A stretch of 64,000 bases of DNA from Clostridia bacterium (lineage in GTDB: Bacteria; Bacillota; Clostridia; Oscillospirales; CAG-382). The notes beneath the pieces were generated by a model. It worked only from the letters and a program-made list of their open reading frames with translations. It did no database searches and was not told where the DNA came from. The stretch spans positions 2,454 to 66,453 of the forward strand of contig JAGAKP010000018.1 in the NCBI GenBank assembly GCA_017625615.1. Direction: 5' to 3'. Shown piece after piece: positions 45,713 to 56,782 of the stretch; position 1 is the first letter of the stretch, and each line of letters opens with the position of its first letter. A program made the position numbers and the translations under genes.

Positions 45713-46591
45713 TTGAAAAGTATATATGTATATGTTATAATTTTATGGGGTGATATTTTCTTGAACCAACAGTTCCTTTTACATAAAGACACAGCGGTGT
45801 ATTATACCTCTCCGCTTTTTGATACGTATTCCGTGCCTCACGCTTTTTTCACACGCCACGGCGGTGTCAGCGCTTCTCCCTTCGATACCCTTAATTTCGC
45901 TGTCGGTACAGGTGAAAAGAGGGACGATGCACAAAGCGTTCTTTTAAACCACCGTATTGCCGCTTCAGTCTTCGGACTTGACGAAACAAGCGTCTGCCGT
46001 ACCTATCAGACCCACAGCACCACCGTGCTTTTGGCTGACGAAAATGACCGCGGCAGGGGAACGGTGTTGCCTCCCTACGATTGCGACGTTGACGGACTCG
46101 TTACCGTCTGTGAGGAGCTTATCCTTTCCGTCCGAAGTGCAGATTGCGTGCCCATATTGCTTTACGATGTTAAAAACGATATCTGCGGCGCGGTACATTC
46201 GGGCTGGCGGGGAACGCAGGGCAATATTTCCGGCGTGGCAATTGAGAAGATGTGCGCACTCGGCAGTGATAAAAAGGATATTATCGCCGCTATCGGACCT
46301 TGCGCAGGCGTTTGCTGTTACGAGGTAGGCGCAGAGCTGTATCATATCTTTACCGAAATAAATAAAGATTATTCCAAATACTTCGTTCCCAAGGAAAACG
46401 GCAAATATTTCCTTGACCTTACGGGACTTAATACCGCGGTGCTTATAAACAACGGAATCGACGATAACCGCATTTCCGCTTGTAATATATGCACCTGCTG
46501 TAATACAAAGGATTTCTTTTCTCACCGAGTTATGGGTAAGGAAAGAGGAACCATGGCGTCGTTTATTATGAACAGGAGGAAGGCAAAATGA
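45713..46591 (+). CDS. pgeF: peptidoglycan editing factor PgeF / YfiH (DUF152, laccase-domain) protein
   Basis: Conserved HG..., DC.P.., HSGWRG and C.C.. zinc/copper ligand pattern (SADCVPILLYD, HSGWRGT, CNICTCC). The true start may be the TTG at 45761 after a GGGGTGA RBS. Confidence 0.8.
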   Translation: MKSIYVYVIILWGDIFLNQQFLLHKDTAVYYTSPLFDTYSVPHAFFTRHGGVSASPFDTLNFAVGTGEKRDDAQSVLLNHRIAASVFGLDETSVCRTYQTHSTTVLLADENDRGRGTVLPPYDCDVDGLVTVCEELILSVRSADCVPILLYDVKNDICGAVHSGWRGTQGNISGVAIEKMCALGSDKKDIIAAIGPCAGVCCYEVGAELYHIFTEINKDYSKYFVPKENGKYFLDLTGLNTAVLINNGIDDNRISACNICTCCNTKDFFSHRVMGKERGTMASFIMNRRKAK

Positions 46592-47712
46592 GCGTTAAAA
46601 TATTACATACCGCAGATATACATCTGGATTCTCCCTTTGCGGCTTTTTCGCCTACTGCGGCTGAAAAGCGCAGAGAGATCATACGCCAAAGCTTCCTTGC
46701 TTTAATAGAAAAAGCAAGGGAAGAAAAGGTACAGCTTTTCTTTATTTCGGGCGACCTGTTCGATACAGAATTTGCCACGAGGGATACTGCCCTTATGCTT
46801 AAAAACGCATTTGCGTCCCTTTCCTCCTGCCTTTTCTTTATTTCCCCCGGCAACCACGATCCCTTTACGCCCACCTCCGTATACGCAACTGCCGAATTTC
46901 CCGATAACGTCCACGTTTTCCGTGAAAGACAGTGTATAGAGCTTGCCGATATGGGAGTGCGCGTCTACGGCTTCGGCTTTACCTCCCCTCTTTGCGGCGA
47001 AAGCACCGTTTCGGGCTACGATATCCCTGACGACGGTATGATAAATATATTGGTATGCCACGGCGATATGTCGGGCGCCCTTTCCTCCAACGGACCCGTT
47101 ACCAAAGGGGACGTCGGCGGAAGCGGATTCGATTACGTTGCTCTCGGCCATATTCACAAGGCAACGGGCGTACGTAACGAAAACGGAGTTTATTACGCTT
47201 ATCCCGGTTGTCTCTGCGGCAGAAGCTTTGATGAAACGGGCAAAAAGTCAGCCCTGATCGGCACCGTGGAAAAGGGAAGCGTAAGTCTTGACGAGGTGTC
47301 GGTAGCAGGTATGCGCTACGAGATCGTCCATTGCGACGTTACCGATTCCTTGAGCAGACGCAACGCTCTTGATATGCTGCGCGAAGCCGCAAACGAGTTT
47401 GATCCATCCACGGTTGTCCGCATTATCGCAGAGGGTGATACATCGGAGGAATATCTTTTCTCTCCCGATGAGCTTGCGGGACAGACCAAGTGCGAGGCGT
47501 ATATAGTCGATAATACCCGTCCCGTCATCAGCTTTACGGGCACCGAAAGCGAAAACACCTTAAAGGGTGTGTTCTACCGAATTATGGAAAAGCGCATTTC
47601 CGAAGCCAAAGCGGGAAGCGAAGAGTATAACACCCTTGTAAAAGCATTGAAGTACGGTCTTACCGTTCTTGACGAAAAGAATATAGCCGATATATGGGAG
47701 GACGAGAAATGA
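46588..47712 (+). CDS. metallophosphoesterase DNA-repair exonuclease (YhaO / SbcD-like)
   Basis: HTADIHLD, SGDLFD, PGNHD and VCHGD motifs of calcineurin-like nucleases; coupled to the following ATPase gene. Confidence 0.8.
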   Translation: MSVKILHTADIHLDSPFAAFSPTAAEKRREIIRQSFLALIEKAREEKVQLFFISGDLFDTEFATRDTALMLKNAFASLSSCLFFISPGNHDPFTPTSVYATAEFPDNVHVFRERQCIELADMGVRVYGFGFTSPLCGESTVSGYDIPDDGMINILVCHGDMSGALSSNGPVTKGDVGGSGFDYVALGHIHKATGVRNENGVYYAYPGCLCGRSFDETGKKSALIGTVEKGSVSLDEVSVAGMRYEIVHCDVTDSLSRRNALDMLREAANEFDPSTVVRIIAEGDTSEEYLFSPDELAGQTKCEAYIVDNTRPVISFTGTESENTLKGVFYRIMEKRISEAKAGSEEYNTLVKALKYGLTVLDEKNIADIWEDEK

Positions 47713-49931
47713 ACGCAGTAGTTATCGAAAAATGTGAAATAGTCTCCTTCGGCTGTATCTCCAATACGATCATTACTCCCTCCTCGGGAATAAATCTTAT
47801 TACCGCTCCCAATGAAAGCGGAAAAACAACGCTCGCACACTTTATAAAGTTTATCTTCTACGGCTTTTCGGGACAGCGCATCTCCAACGTGTCCGAAAAC
47901 GAGAAAAAGCATTATATCCCTTGGGACAACCCCCGTGCCGCAGGCGCTCTGGAGTTTTCTCTCGGCAGTGTCAGATACCGTATCGACCGTGAATATCTTG
48001 CAGGCAAGGATATATGCACCGTTACGGAAAAGGATACTGGCAAGGAAATTTTAAAGGGTCAGGTTCCCGGTGAATGCTTCTTCGGAGTGAAGGAAGAAAT
48101 ATTTACAAAAACCGCCTTCTTCCGTCAGCTTTCCGCGCCCGGTAAAAAGGATGACGAGCTTGCGGAGCAGCTTCGTAATCTGGTGGCTTCCGCAGACGAA
48201 AGCGTAAGCGCCTCCGATGCAATAAAGCGTCTTTCCGATACCCGCAACCGTATCCGAAGCCGCGTAAAGGGCGGCGGTATTCTTCCCGCCTTGGAGGAAA
48301 AGCGTGCTCATTACGACCGCGCTCTTGGAGAGGCTGTTTCCCGTTCGGGCGCTTTGGGCAAGGTGGACGGCGAGATAAAGGAAATAGAAAAAAGCCTTGC
48401 AGATAACCGCGATGCCAAAAACGAAATAAAAAAAGAGCTTGATGGCATAGAAAAATACGAAGCCTTCGTAAAATACGAGGAATTGAAGGAGCACGCCCGA
48501 AAGGTGACGGACGCTCAGTCCGAGTACGATACCGCCGTAGATCCCTTCGGAGGAAAGGAGCCGGATAAGGATGCGGTGGCGCAGTCGGTCAAGCTCATAT
48601 CCCGCAGAAGCGTTTACGTTGCCAAGGTGGACGAGCGTAAGGAAACTTACGAAAACGCAGAAAAGGACGTTGAAAACGCCCGCAAGGAAAGTCTTTTCGA
48701 CGGAAGAAACGTCATTACTCTGCGCAAAAAGATAAACGCCATCCGCGGTGCACGCGCGTTTATGTCCGTGCTTATAGTGCTTATGCTTCTGGCGGCAGGC
48801 GCAACGGCAGTATTCTCATTTACGGAGCTTTTTCCGAGCGTTGAATTTTTGCCGTGGCAGTTTATCATAGTGTTCGGCGTAGGCGCGCTGGCTATCGGTA
48901 TCGTTCTTCTGATACTGAATATGTCAGCCTCCCACTTCGCTACCAGAAACGGATTTTCTTCAATCGCGGAAATGAAGTATATGCTTGGTCAGTATCCCGC
49001 CGCACAGCAGGAGATAGCCGAGCTTGAATTAAAAGCCTTTAACGCAAAAACACTATATGACCGTGCCTGTCAAGAGCTTGCAAATCTTGACGGCGAAATA
49101 TTCACGGTCACCGCAGGAATGCCCGGCGACGAAAGTGACGTAAACAAGCGCGTTGCCGATATCGTTGCGGCAACGGATACGGTCATACGCACACGCACAC
49201 AGCTTGAAACGGTAAAGGCAGTTCAGGAAGCAGCGTTTTCCAACTGCGACCTTAAAAAGATAAGCGAGATGGCTGAAGGTGCAACGCCTCCTGCCCACAC
49301 CCGCGAGGAGCTTGAAAAAGCGCTTGAGCTGCTCGCCTCCGAGGACGAAAGAAACCGCAGTATCCTTCGCGAAAAGGAAGGAGAAAGGGGCAGACTTATC
49401 GGCTCGGGAGGGGACCCTGCCCTTATTCAGGCACAAAGAGACGCAGTGGCAGAGCGCATAAAATATCTTGAGCAGGCGTACGCTGCCGTAAATATTGCGG
49501 CAGAAGCCCTTGACGAGGCGGACAAATATATGCGTAACACCGTTTCTCCCGCACTTTCACGCCACGCGGGAAAGTATATGTCCGAGGTTACCGACGGAAA
49601 GTACGGAAAGGTGTCCTTCGATACTTCTCTTACAATGTCCTACGAAACGGCTTCGGGTACCAAGCATTCCGATTATATGTCGGCAGGCACCCGTGACAGC
49701 GCATATATGTGTCTGCGCCTTGCTTTGATAAATCTTATTTATTCCGAAACCCGTCCTCCCTTGGTACTTGACGACGCCTTCGTACGTCTTGACGGAGAAC
49801 GGCTTGAAAATATGCTTGCACTGGTTGAAACAGTAGCAGGCGAGGGGCAGGTATTCGTTTTCTCCTGCCACGAAAGAGAACAGCAGATATTCGATTCCAA
49901 CGGAACGAAGTATAACAGGATAGTGATCTGA
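47709..49931 (+). CDS. AAA/SMC-like ATPase (YhaN / SbcC-like)
   Basis: Walker A APNESGKTT, a long coiled-coil middle with two TM-like helices, and a C-terminal LVLDDAF Walker B. Its ATG overlaps the upstream stop (ATGA). Confidence 0.75.
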   Translation: MNAVVIEKCEIVSFGCISNTIITPSSGINLITAPNESGKTTLAHFIKFIFYGFSGQRISNVSENEKKHYIPWDNPRAAGALEFSLGSVRYRIDREYLAGKDICTVTEKDTGKEILKGQVPGECFFGVKEEIFTKTAFFRQLSAPGKKDDELAEQLRNLVASADESVSASDAIKRLSDTRNRIRSRVKGGGILPALEEKRAHYDRALGEAVSRSGALGKVDGEIKEIEKSLADNRDAKNEIKKELDGIEKYEAFVKYEELKEHARKVTDAQSEYDTAVDPFGGKEPDKDAVAQSVKLISRRSVYVAKVDERKETYENAEKDVENARKESLFDGRNVITLRKKINAIRGARAFMSVLIVLMLLAAGATAVFSFTELFPSVEFLPWQFIIVFGVGALAIGIVLLILNMSASHFATRNGFSSIAEMKYMLGQYPAAQQEIAELELKAFNAKTLYDRACQELANLDGEIFTVTAGMPGDESDVNKRVADIVAATDTVIRTRTQLETVKAVQEAAFSNCDLKKISEMAEGATPPAHTREELEKALELLASEDERNRSILREKEGERGRLIGSGGDPALIQAQRDAVAERIKYLEQAYAAVNIAAEALDEADKYMRNTVSPALSRHAGKYMSEVTDGKYGKVSFDTSLTMSYETASGTKHSDYMSAGTRDSAYMCLRLALINLIYSETRPPLVLDDAFVRLDGERLENMLALVETVAGEGQVFVFSCHEREQQIFDSNGTKYNRIVI

Positions 49932-51976
49932 TGGATTTTAACACACCGTTACAGTATATAAAGGGCATAGGAGAAGCACGCAGTAAGTGCTTCTCCAAGC
50001 TTGGCTTGTCCTGCGCAGGGGACTTACTTACCTTTTATCCCCGCACATATGAATACCGCGGGGAAACCAAAAAAATAGCAGACGTTTGCGACGGCGAGGT
50101 GTGCTCACTTATACTTACGGTGGATTCACCCGTAAAAACGGGCGGCGGCAAGGTACAGTATATTAAATTCACCGCAGGCGACGATACTGGTACCGTGAAT
50201 ATAACCTTTTTTAATCAGAAATGGCTTTTAAAGGTTTTCTCTCAAGGCAGAGCCTTCCGCTTTTACGGAAAGGTGTCCTTCGGCTTTTACGGCAAGGAAA
50301 TGGTCTCTCCCGAGGTGGAACCCATCCTTCACGGCAAAAAGCTTTGCGACGTGGTGCCCATATATCCCCTTACAAAGGGACTTTCGCAAAAGACCGTGAC
50401 CTCCGCGGTAAACAACGTGCTTGCTCTCGCAGATTCGGTAAAGGACGTGCTTCCCGAGGAAATACGCAAAAAATACGCACTTCTCAAGGCGGGGGAGGCT
50501 ATAAAAATGCTTCACCATCCCGCAGACAGAAGCGAGGTCGCCAAGGCAAAGCGAACTCTCGCCTTTGAGGAGCTTGTGGTGTTCCAGACCGCTTTACGCA
50601 TTTCCCGCAGAGGAAAGGTAAAAAGCACGGGCATAAAAATGTCATTTAAAAACAGCGGTGTAAAACAGTTTTTTGAATCATTGCCCTTTTCTCTTACCGG
50701 TGCGCAGGAAAAAAGCGTAAAGGAAATACTGGGCGATATGTGCGGCGATACGCCTATGACACGACTTTTGCAGGGTGACGTGGGCAGCGGAAAGACCGCA
50801 GTTGCCGCGGCGGCGGTATATTTTGCCGTCAAAAACGGATATCAGTGCGCTTTTATGGCACCTACCGAAATACTTGCCTCCCAGCACGCAAAAACTCTTG
50901 ATAAAATGCTGTCTCCCTTCGGAATAAAGGTGGGACTTCTCACGGGAGGACTTACCAAAAAGCAAAGGACCTTGCTTCAGGCAAGGCTTTCCGAGGGCGC
51001 TATCGACGTTGCCGTCGGCACCAACGCCCTTATTCAGAACAGCGTGGAGTATCATAATCTCGGTCTTGTTATAACCGATGAACAGCACCGCTTCGGCGTA
51101 ATGCAGAGAGCACGCCTTACCGAAAAGGGCGGCAGCGGAAGCGTAAAGCCTCATATGCTGGTTATGTCCGCAACTCCCATTCCCCGCACGCTTTCACTCA
51201 TTCTTTACGGCGACCTTGATATAAGCGTCCTTGACGAGCTTCCCCCCGGCAGACAAAAGGTGGATACCTATCTTGTGGGGAGCGATAAACGCGAGCGGGT
51301 GTTCAAAATGATACGCTCCCGTATCGAGGCGGGAAATCAGGCGTATATAATATGCCCCTTGGTTGAGGAAAACGAGGAAAGCGACAAGCAAAGCGCCGAG
51401 GGCTACGCCGAGGCAATGCGCCGCGGAAGCTTTTCGGATATAAATATCGGTATGCTTCACGGCAAAATGACTCCTTCGGAAAAGGAAGAGATAATGCGCT
51501 CTTTTTCAAAGGGAGATACCAAAATTCTCGTTTCCACCACCGTGGTTGAGGTGGGCGTAGACGTGCCCAACGCAACGGTAATACTTATCGAAAACGCAGA
51601 ATGCTTCGGACTTTCACAGCTTCATCAGCTTCGCGGCAGAGTGGGCAGGGGAAAGGACAAGAGTATGTGCGTCCTTATGTCTGACCACGCCTACGGTAAA
51701 ACGGAAAACCGCCTTAAGATAATGTGCGAGACCAACGATGGCTTCGCCATAGCTGCCGCCGACCTCGATCAGCGCGGACCGGGCGATTTCTTCGGCGAAA
51801 AGCAGTCGGGTGTTCTTGCCTTCAAGGTGGCGTCCGCCGCAGATATGAATATGCTTGAGGCGGCAAAGAAGCTTTCGGAGGAATTATTCGACAAAGGCTT
51901 GGAATCATATCCCGTTTTGTATCAGAAAGCGTCCGTTATCGCATCGGGCAACGAAAGAGGTAACAAGATCAGTTAA
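49931..51976 (+). CDS. recG: ATP-dependent DNA helicase RecG
   Basis: Wedge-domain N-terminus, GDVGSGKT, DEQHRFG, and QLRGRVGRG motif VI. Confidence 0.95.
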   Translation: MDFNTPLQYIKGIGEARSKCFSKLGLSCAGDLLTFYPRTYEYRGETKKIADVCDGEVCSLILTVDSPVKTGGGKVQYIKFTAGDDTGTVNITFFNQKWLLKVFSQGRAFRFYGKVSFGFYGKEMVSPEVEPILHGKKLCDVVPIYPLTKGLSQKTVTSAVNNVLALADSVKDVLPEEIRKKYALLKAGEAIKMLHHPADRSEVAKAKRTLAFEELVVFQTALRISRRGKVKSTGIKMSFKNSGVKQFFESLPFSLTGAQEKSVKEILGDMCGDTPMTRLLQGDVGSGKTAVAAAAVYFAVKNGYQCAFMAPTEILASQHAKTLDKMLSPFGIKVGLLTGGLTKKQRTLLQARLSEGAIDVAVGTNALIQNSVEYHNLGLVITDEQHRFGVMQRARLTEKGGSGSVKPHMLVMSATPIPRTLSLILYGDLDISVLDELPPGRQKVDTYLVGSDKRERVFKMIRSRIEAGNQAYIICPLVEENEESDKQSAEGYAEAMRRGSFSDINIGMLHGKMTPSEKEEIMRSFSKGDTKILVSTTVVEVGVDVPNATVILIENAECFGLSQLHQLRGRVGRGKDKSMCVLMSDHAYGKTENRLKIMCETNDGFAIAAADLDQRGPGDFFGEKQSGVLAFKVASAADMNMLEAAKKLSEELFDKGLESYPVLYQKASVIASGNERGNKIS

Positions 51977-52929
51977 TGAAAATAGGAAATTACACCTTTA
52001 AATACGGTCTGTCTCTTGCGCCGATGGCAGGCGTTACCGACCGTGCATACCGCGCTCTGTGCGTGCGCTACGGAGCAGAGCTGGTTACTACCGAGCTTAT
52101 CTCCGCAAAGGCGGTCACGATGGGAGATCAGCGCACCTTTAAGCTGGCGTCTCTCACAGAGGAGGAATCTCCCGCCGCAATACAGATATTCGGCTCGGAT
52201 CCTGCCGTAATGGGCGAGGCGGCGTATAGATTAATGTCTCTTTCTCCCGCTATGATCGATATAAATATGGGCTGTCCCGTCCATAAGATCATCCGCAACG
52301 GAGAGGGATGCGCCCTTATGCGTGATATCGACAAGGCGGCGACCATAGTTGCAGAAGTCGTCAAGTCGGTTTCGGTGCCCGTTACCGTTAAAATGCGTAT
52401 CGGTATGGATGAAAACAGCCTTAACGCTCCTCAGCTTGCCCTTGCGTGCCAACAGGCAGGCGCGGCGGCAGTTACCGTCCACGGCAGAACGAGAGATAAA
52501 ATGTATTCGGGCACTTCCGATTGCGGGGAGATACGCAAGGTAAAGCACGCAGTGGATATTCCCGTTATCGCCTCGGGTGACGTGGGACTTACCCTCACCG
52601 CCGATGAGGCGTATTCCCTTACGGAGGCGGACGGAATTGCAGTAGGCAGAGCGGCTATGGGTGCCCCTTGGATATTTGCATACCTTATTGACGATATCAA
52701 CGGCGTGCCCCGCAGAGAAATACGCAGCACGGAAAAGCTTTCCGTCATAAAGGAGCATATCGACCGTCTTTTGTATTTTGAAGGTGAAAGAGCACTTTGT
52801 CAGATGCGCACTCACCTTTCCTGGTATACCAAGGGACTTCGCGGAAGCGCCGCACTGCGCCGTGATATCAATACTGCAGTTACAAAATCGGATTTTTACA
52901 CCCTCGCGGAAAAGGTCTTCGAGGAGTGA
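51976..52929 (+). CDS. dusB: tRNA-dihydrouridine synthase (DusB-like)
   Basis: LAPMAGVTD, INMGCP and VTVHGRT motifs of the Dus family. Confidence 0.9.
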   Translation: MKIGNYTFKYGLSLAPMAGVTDRAYRALCVRYGAELVTTELISAKAVTMGDQRTFKLASLTEEESPAAIQIFGSDPAVMGEAAYRLMSLSPAMIDINMGCPVHKIIRNGEGCALMRDIDKAATIVAEVVKSVSVPVTVKMRIGMDENSLNAPQLALACQQAGAAAVTVHGRTRDKMYSGTSDCGEIRKVKHAVDIPVIASGDVGLTLTADEAYSLTEADGIAVGRAAMGAPWIFAYLIDDINGVPRREIRSTEKLSVIKEHIDRLLYFEGERALCQMRTHLSWYTKGLRGSAALRRDINTAVTKSDFYTLAEKVFEE

Positions 52930-53104
52930 TTTGTAACATTGTACAGAATACCTTTTTTTACTTTGTGCAGACTGCTAAAATTGAACGGATTTTTATAAAA
53001 ATATTGACAAATTATTTCTTAAATATTAAAATACTGCCATAGGTGTATATATTTCACCCTCGGCAGTATTTTTTACTGTCTTATATTATTTTAGGAGGTC
53101 TTTT

Positions 53105-54514
53105 ATGGACAAGTTCTTCAAAATCTCTGAACGCGGCTCAAACGTCAAAACAGAGATAATGGCAGGTCTCACCACGTTCTTCGCTATGGCCTACATCGTC
53201 GTAACCAACCCCAATCAGGTCGTTGGCTTTACTACGGGCGGCGCATACGATACCATCTGGAACGCAGTATATATTGCTTCCATACTGGTTGCTTTCGTCG
53301 GTACCCTGCTTTATGCACTTTACGCAAAACTACCCTATGCACAGGCGTGCGGAATGGGTCTTAACTCATTCTTCTTCGTTTCCTTTATTCTTCCCGCACT
53401 TCTTTCCGAGGGAGACCCCATAAAGGGTTATCACGAAGGTCTTTTCATTATTCTTCTTTCCGGCGTTATCTTCCTTATTCTTTCTGTCACCGGCGCAAGA
53501 GAATATATCGCAAAGGCACTGCCCGATTGTCTTAAAAAGGCCATTCCCGCAGGTATCGGTCTGTTCATCGCCTTCATCGGCTTCAAGAACGTCGGCATAA
53601 TTCAGGCTAACCAGTATACCTACGTACAGCTTTTCGATTTTCACGGTGCTGTTGCAGGCAAGAGCTTCTTTGACGCTTGGGTTGCTATCGCTCCCGTAGT
53701 TCTCGCTCTTCTCGGTCTGTTCCTTATCGCTATTCTTGATAAGAAAAAGGTTAAGGGCTCCGTCATCATCACCATCGGTATCGTCACCGTTCTTTACTAC
53801 CTCACCACCTGGACCGCGCCTACCTTCGACCTTGGCAAGATCGGTCAGTCCTTCAAGGACTTCGGCTCCATCGGTATTATCGGCGCATTCAAGGGATACA
53901 CCGTATTTACCGGCGGCGCAAGTGCTGTTATAAACGCTATCGTTCTCGTTATTACCTTTACTCTTGTTGATATGTTCGATACCATCGGCACTCTTTACGG
54001 CACCGCTTCTCAGGCAGGTATGCTTGACGAAAACGGCGACCCCATCGACGTAAACAAGGCTATGGCTTGCGACTCTGTCGCAACCTGCGCAGGTGCAGTA
54101 TTCGGCACCTCCACTTGTACCACCTTCGTTGAGTCCGCGGCAGGCGTAGCAGCAGGCGGCAGAACCGGTCTTACTTCTCTCGTAACCTCCATCTGCTTCT
54201 TCGTATGCTTGTTCCTCACTCCTCTTGCAGCAATCGTTCCCGCATGTGCAACCGCACCCGCTCTTATCTACGTTGGCGTTCTTATGCTCAAGAACTTCTC
54301 CAAGGTTGATATGGACGATATCGCATCTGCGGTTCCCGCATTCCTCGCTCTTATTATGATGCCTCTTACTTACTCTATCTCCAACGGTATTGCAGTAGGC
54401 GCCATCTCTTACGTTCTTATCCGTCTTTTCACCGGTAAGTTCAGCAAGAAGGATATCGTTGTTACCATCATCGGCATCCTCTTCCTTGCAAGATTCTTCC
54501 TCGTTACGATGTAA
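53105..54514 (+). CDS. NCS2/AzgA-family purine (adenine/guanine/hypoxanthine) permease
   Basis: MDKFFKISERGSNVKTEIMAGLTTFFAMAYI is the characteristic PbuG/AzgA N-terminus; 469 aa, polytopic. Confidence 0.85.
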   Translation: MDKFFKISERGSNVKTEIMAGLTTFFAMAYIVVTNPNQVVGFTTGGAYDTIWNAVYIASILVAFVGTLLYALYAKLPYAQACGMGLNSFFFVSFILPALLSEGDPIKGYHEGLFIILLSGVIFLILSVTGAREYIAKALPDCLKKAIPAGIGLFIAFIGFKNVGIIQANQYTYVQLFDFHGAVAGKSFFDAWVAIAPVVLALLGLFLIAILDKKKVKGSVIITIGIVTVLYYLTTWTAPTFDLGKIGQSFKDFGSIGIIGAFKGYTVFTGGASAVINAIVLVITFTLVDMFDTIGTLYGTASQAGMLDENGDPIDVNKAMACDSVATCAGAVFGTSTCTTFVESAAGVAAGGRTGLTSLVTSICFFVCLFLTPLAAIVPACATAPALIYVGVLMLKNFSKVDMDDIASAVPAFLALIMMPLTYSISNGIAVGAISYVLIRLFTGKFSKKDIVVTIIGILFLARFFLVTM

Positions 54515-54526
54515 CCAAAGCTTTTT

Positions 54527-54566
54527 ATATCCCGTTTGGTTTAAAATGCCAAACGGGATATTTTTA
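54527..54566 (+). terminator. intrinsic terminator
   Basis: Perfect 13-bp stem ATATCCCGTTTGG ... CCAAACGGGATAT followed by TTTTTAT. Confidence 0.85.
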
Positions 54567-54631
54567 TGTTTACTTTTCTTAATATTTTTGGTATAATACG
54601 TATATCAATAATCCAAAGAGGAAAAAAGCAA

Positions 54632-56782
54632 ATGGACATTATTTCAAAAATAGCCGAAGAACTCCGAATTAAAGCTACACAGGTGGAGGCGGCTGTAAAA
54701 CTTATTGACGAGGGTAATACCATTCCCTTTATCGCACGTTACCGTAAGGAAGCCACCGGCTCTCTTGACGATACCGTTTTACGCGATCTTGACGAAAAGC
54801 TTCGCGCTTACCGCGCAGTAGAACAGCGCAGGGAAGAGGTACGCCGTCTTATAACCGAGCAGGAAAAAATGACAGACGAGATCAACGCCGCGCTGGACAA
54901 AGCGTCCACCGTCGCAGAGATCGACGATATATACCGTCCTTACCGCCCCAAGCGCAAGACCCGCGCTTCCGTGGCTATCGAAGCAGGACTTGCACCTCTT
55001 GCAGAGCTTATGCTTGCGCAGGAAAAAACTGTTGACATCGTAGAAGAAGCATCTAAATACCTCAACCCCGAAAAGAAGATAAACACCGTTGACGACGCTC
55101 TCCGCGGCGCAATGGATATTATTGCGGAGACCGTTTCCGATAACGCAGAATTCCGTAAATGGATACGCGGATACACTATGAAGAACGGCTTCCTTTCCAC
55201 CAAGGCAAAGACCGAGGAGGACAGCGTTTACCGTATGTATTACGACAGAAGCGAGCCTCTCAAAAAGCTGGTTTCCCACCGCGTTCTCGCAATAGACCGC
55301 GGCGAAAAGGAAGGCTTCCTTACCGTTAAGGTGGACGTTGATAAGGACTATATCGAGGGCTACCTTATCGGTCAGACCGTTTCCAAGCAGATATGCTCCT
55401 CCACGCAGTACGTAAAGGATGCAGTTGTTGACGGATACGAGCGTCTTATCGCGCCCTCCATACAGAACGAGGTCCGCAACGATATTACTGCCTCCGCGCA
55501 GGAGCAGGCTATAAAGGTATTCGGCGAAAACCTTCGCAACCTCTTGCTTCAGGCACCCGTAAAGGGCAAGGTGGTAATGGGCTTTGACCCCGCATACCGC
55601 ACCGGCTGTAAAATAGCAGTCGTCGGCGAAAACGGCGAGGTTCTTGATACCACCGTAGTATATCCCACTCCTCCTCAGAACCGCACCGAGGATGCAGAGC
55701 GCGTGCTCACCGCTCTTATCAAAAAGCACGGTGTTGACATAATATCAATCGGTAACGGCACGGCCTCAAAGGAAAGCGAAATTTTCGTTTCTTCCCTTCT
55801 TCCCAAGCTCACCCGTCAGGTAAGCTATATTATGACCAACGAAGCAGGCGCATCCGTATATTCCGCATCCAAGCTGGGCGCAGAGGAATTCCCTCAGTTT
55901 GACGTTTCCTTAAGAAGCGCCGTTTCCATTGCACGACGCGTTCAGGATCCTCTTGCAGAGCTTGTAAAAATAGATCCCAAGGCTATCGGAGTAGGTCAGT
56001 ATCAGCACGATATGAACCCCAAGGAGCTTTCCGCTTCTCTTGACGGCGTCGTAGAGGATGCGGTTTCCTCCGTTGGCGTAGATCTTAATTCCGCCTCCGT
56101 TTCGCTGCTTTCACGCGTTGCGGGCATAACCTCAAAGACCGCAAAGGCCATATACGATTACAGAAATGAAAACCGTCTCTTTACATCCAGAGAAGAGCTT
56201 AAAAAGGTAAAGGGTATCGGCGAAAAGGCGTTTACTCAGTGCGCGGGCTTTTTGCGCGTGTCCGAAAGTGACGAGGTGCTTGATAACACCGCCGTCCATC
56301 CCGAAAGCTACGAATCTGCGCGTGTGCTTCTTAAAAAGCTTGGTTATACCGAGCAGGACGTCCGCGACCGTAAGATAGACGATATCAAAGCAAAGGCAAA
56401 TCTCGTGGGTATAGATTCTCTCGCTCAGTCCGTAGGCGTAGGCGTTCCCACTCTCAACGATATGCTCAGCGAGCTTACCAAGCCGGGACGCGACCCTCGT
56501 GACGAACTTCCCAAGCCCATTCTCCGTACCGACGCTATGGATATATCCTCACTCAAAACGGGAATGGAGTTTGTCGGCACCGTACGCAACGTGGCAGACT
56601 TCGGCGCATTCGTTGATATCGGCGTTCATCAGGACGGACTTGTACACATTTCCAAGCTGGCAAAGGGCTTCGTACGCCGTGCGCAGGATGCCGCCAAGGT
56701 AGGAGATATTATCAAGGTTCGCGTTATCGAAGTAGACGTTGCAAAAAAACGCATTTCTCTCGAGCGTGTTTTTGAAAAATAA
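54632..56782 (+). CDS. tex: Tex-like RNA-binding transcription accessory protein (S1 domain)
   Basis: The N-terminus IPFIARYRKEATG, a YqgF-like region, HhH motifs and a C-terminal S1 domain (GTVRNVADFGAFVDIG) all fit Tex. The ATG at 54632 follows an AAGAGGA RBS and an extended -10 promoter at about 54569-54597. Confidence 0.9.
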   Translation: MDIISKIAEELRIKATQVEAAVKLIDEGNTIPFIARYRKEATGSLDDTVLRDLDEKLRAYRAVEQRREEVRRLITEQEKMTDEINAALDKASTVAEIDDIYRPYRPKRKTRASVAIEAGLAPLAELMLAQEKTVDIVEEASKYLNPEKKINTVDDALRGAMDIIAETVSDNAEFRKWIRGYTMKNGFLSTKAKTEEDSVYRMYYDRSEPLKKLVSHRVLAIDRGEKEGFLTVKVDVDKDYIEGYLIGQTVSKQICSSTQYVKDAVVDGYERLIAPSIQNEVRNDITASAQEQAIKVFGENLRNLLLQAPVKGKVVMGFDPAYRTGCKIAVVGENGEVLDTTVVYPTPPQNRTEDAERVLTALIKKHGVDIISIGNGTASKESEIFVSSLLPKLTRQVSYIMTNEAGASVYSASKLGAEEFPQFDVSLRSAVSIARRVQDPLAELVKIDPKAIGVGQYQHDMNPKELSASLDGVVEDAVSSVGVDLNSASVSLLSRVAGITSKTAKAIYDYRNENRLFTSREELKKVKGIGEKAFTQCAGFLRVSESDEVLDNTAVHPESYESARVLLKKLGYTEQDVRDRKIDDIKAKANLVGIDSLAQSVGVGVPTLNDMLSELTKPGRDPRDELPKPILRTDAMDISSLKTGMEFVGTVRNVADFGAFVDIGVHQDGLVHISKLAKGFVRRAQDAAKVGDIIKVRVIEVDVAKKRISLERVFEK

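Noticed and set aside
52930-53104. Looked for a purine riboswitch or attenuator upstream of the NCS2 purine permease. A hairpin ATACTGCC...GGCAGTAT + T5 is present at 53031-53074.
   Set aside because: There is no purine-riboswitch core (no conserved junction/loop sequences). The 5' arm of the hairpin overlaps the -10 of the best promoter (TTGACA-17-TAAAAT at 53004-53032), so it would not be fully transcribed from it. It is more likely a dusB terminator or a coincidence.
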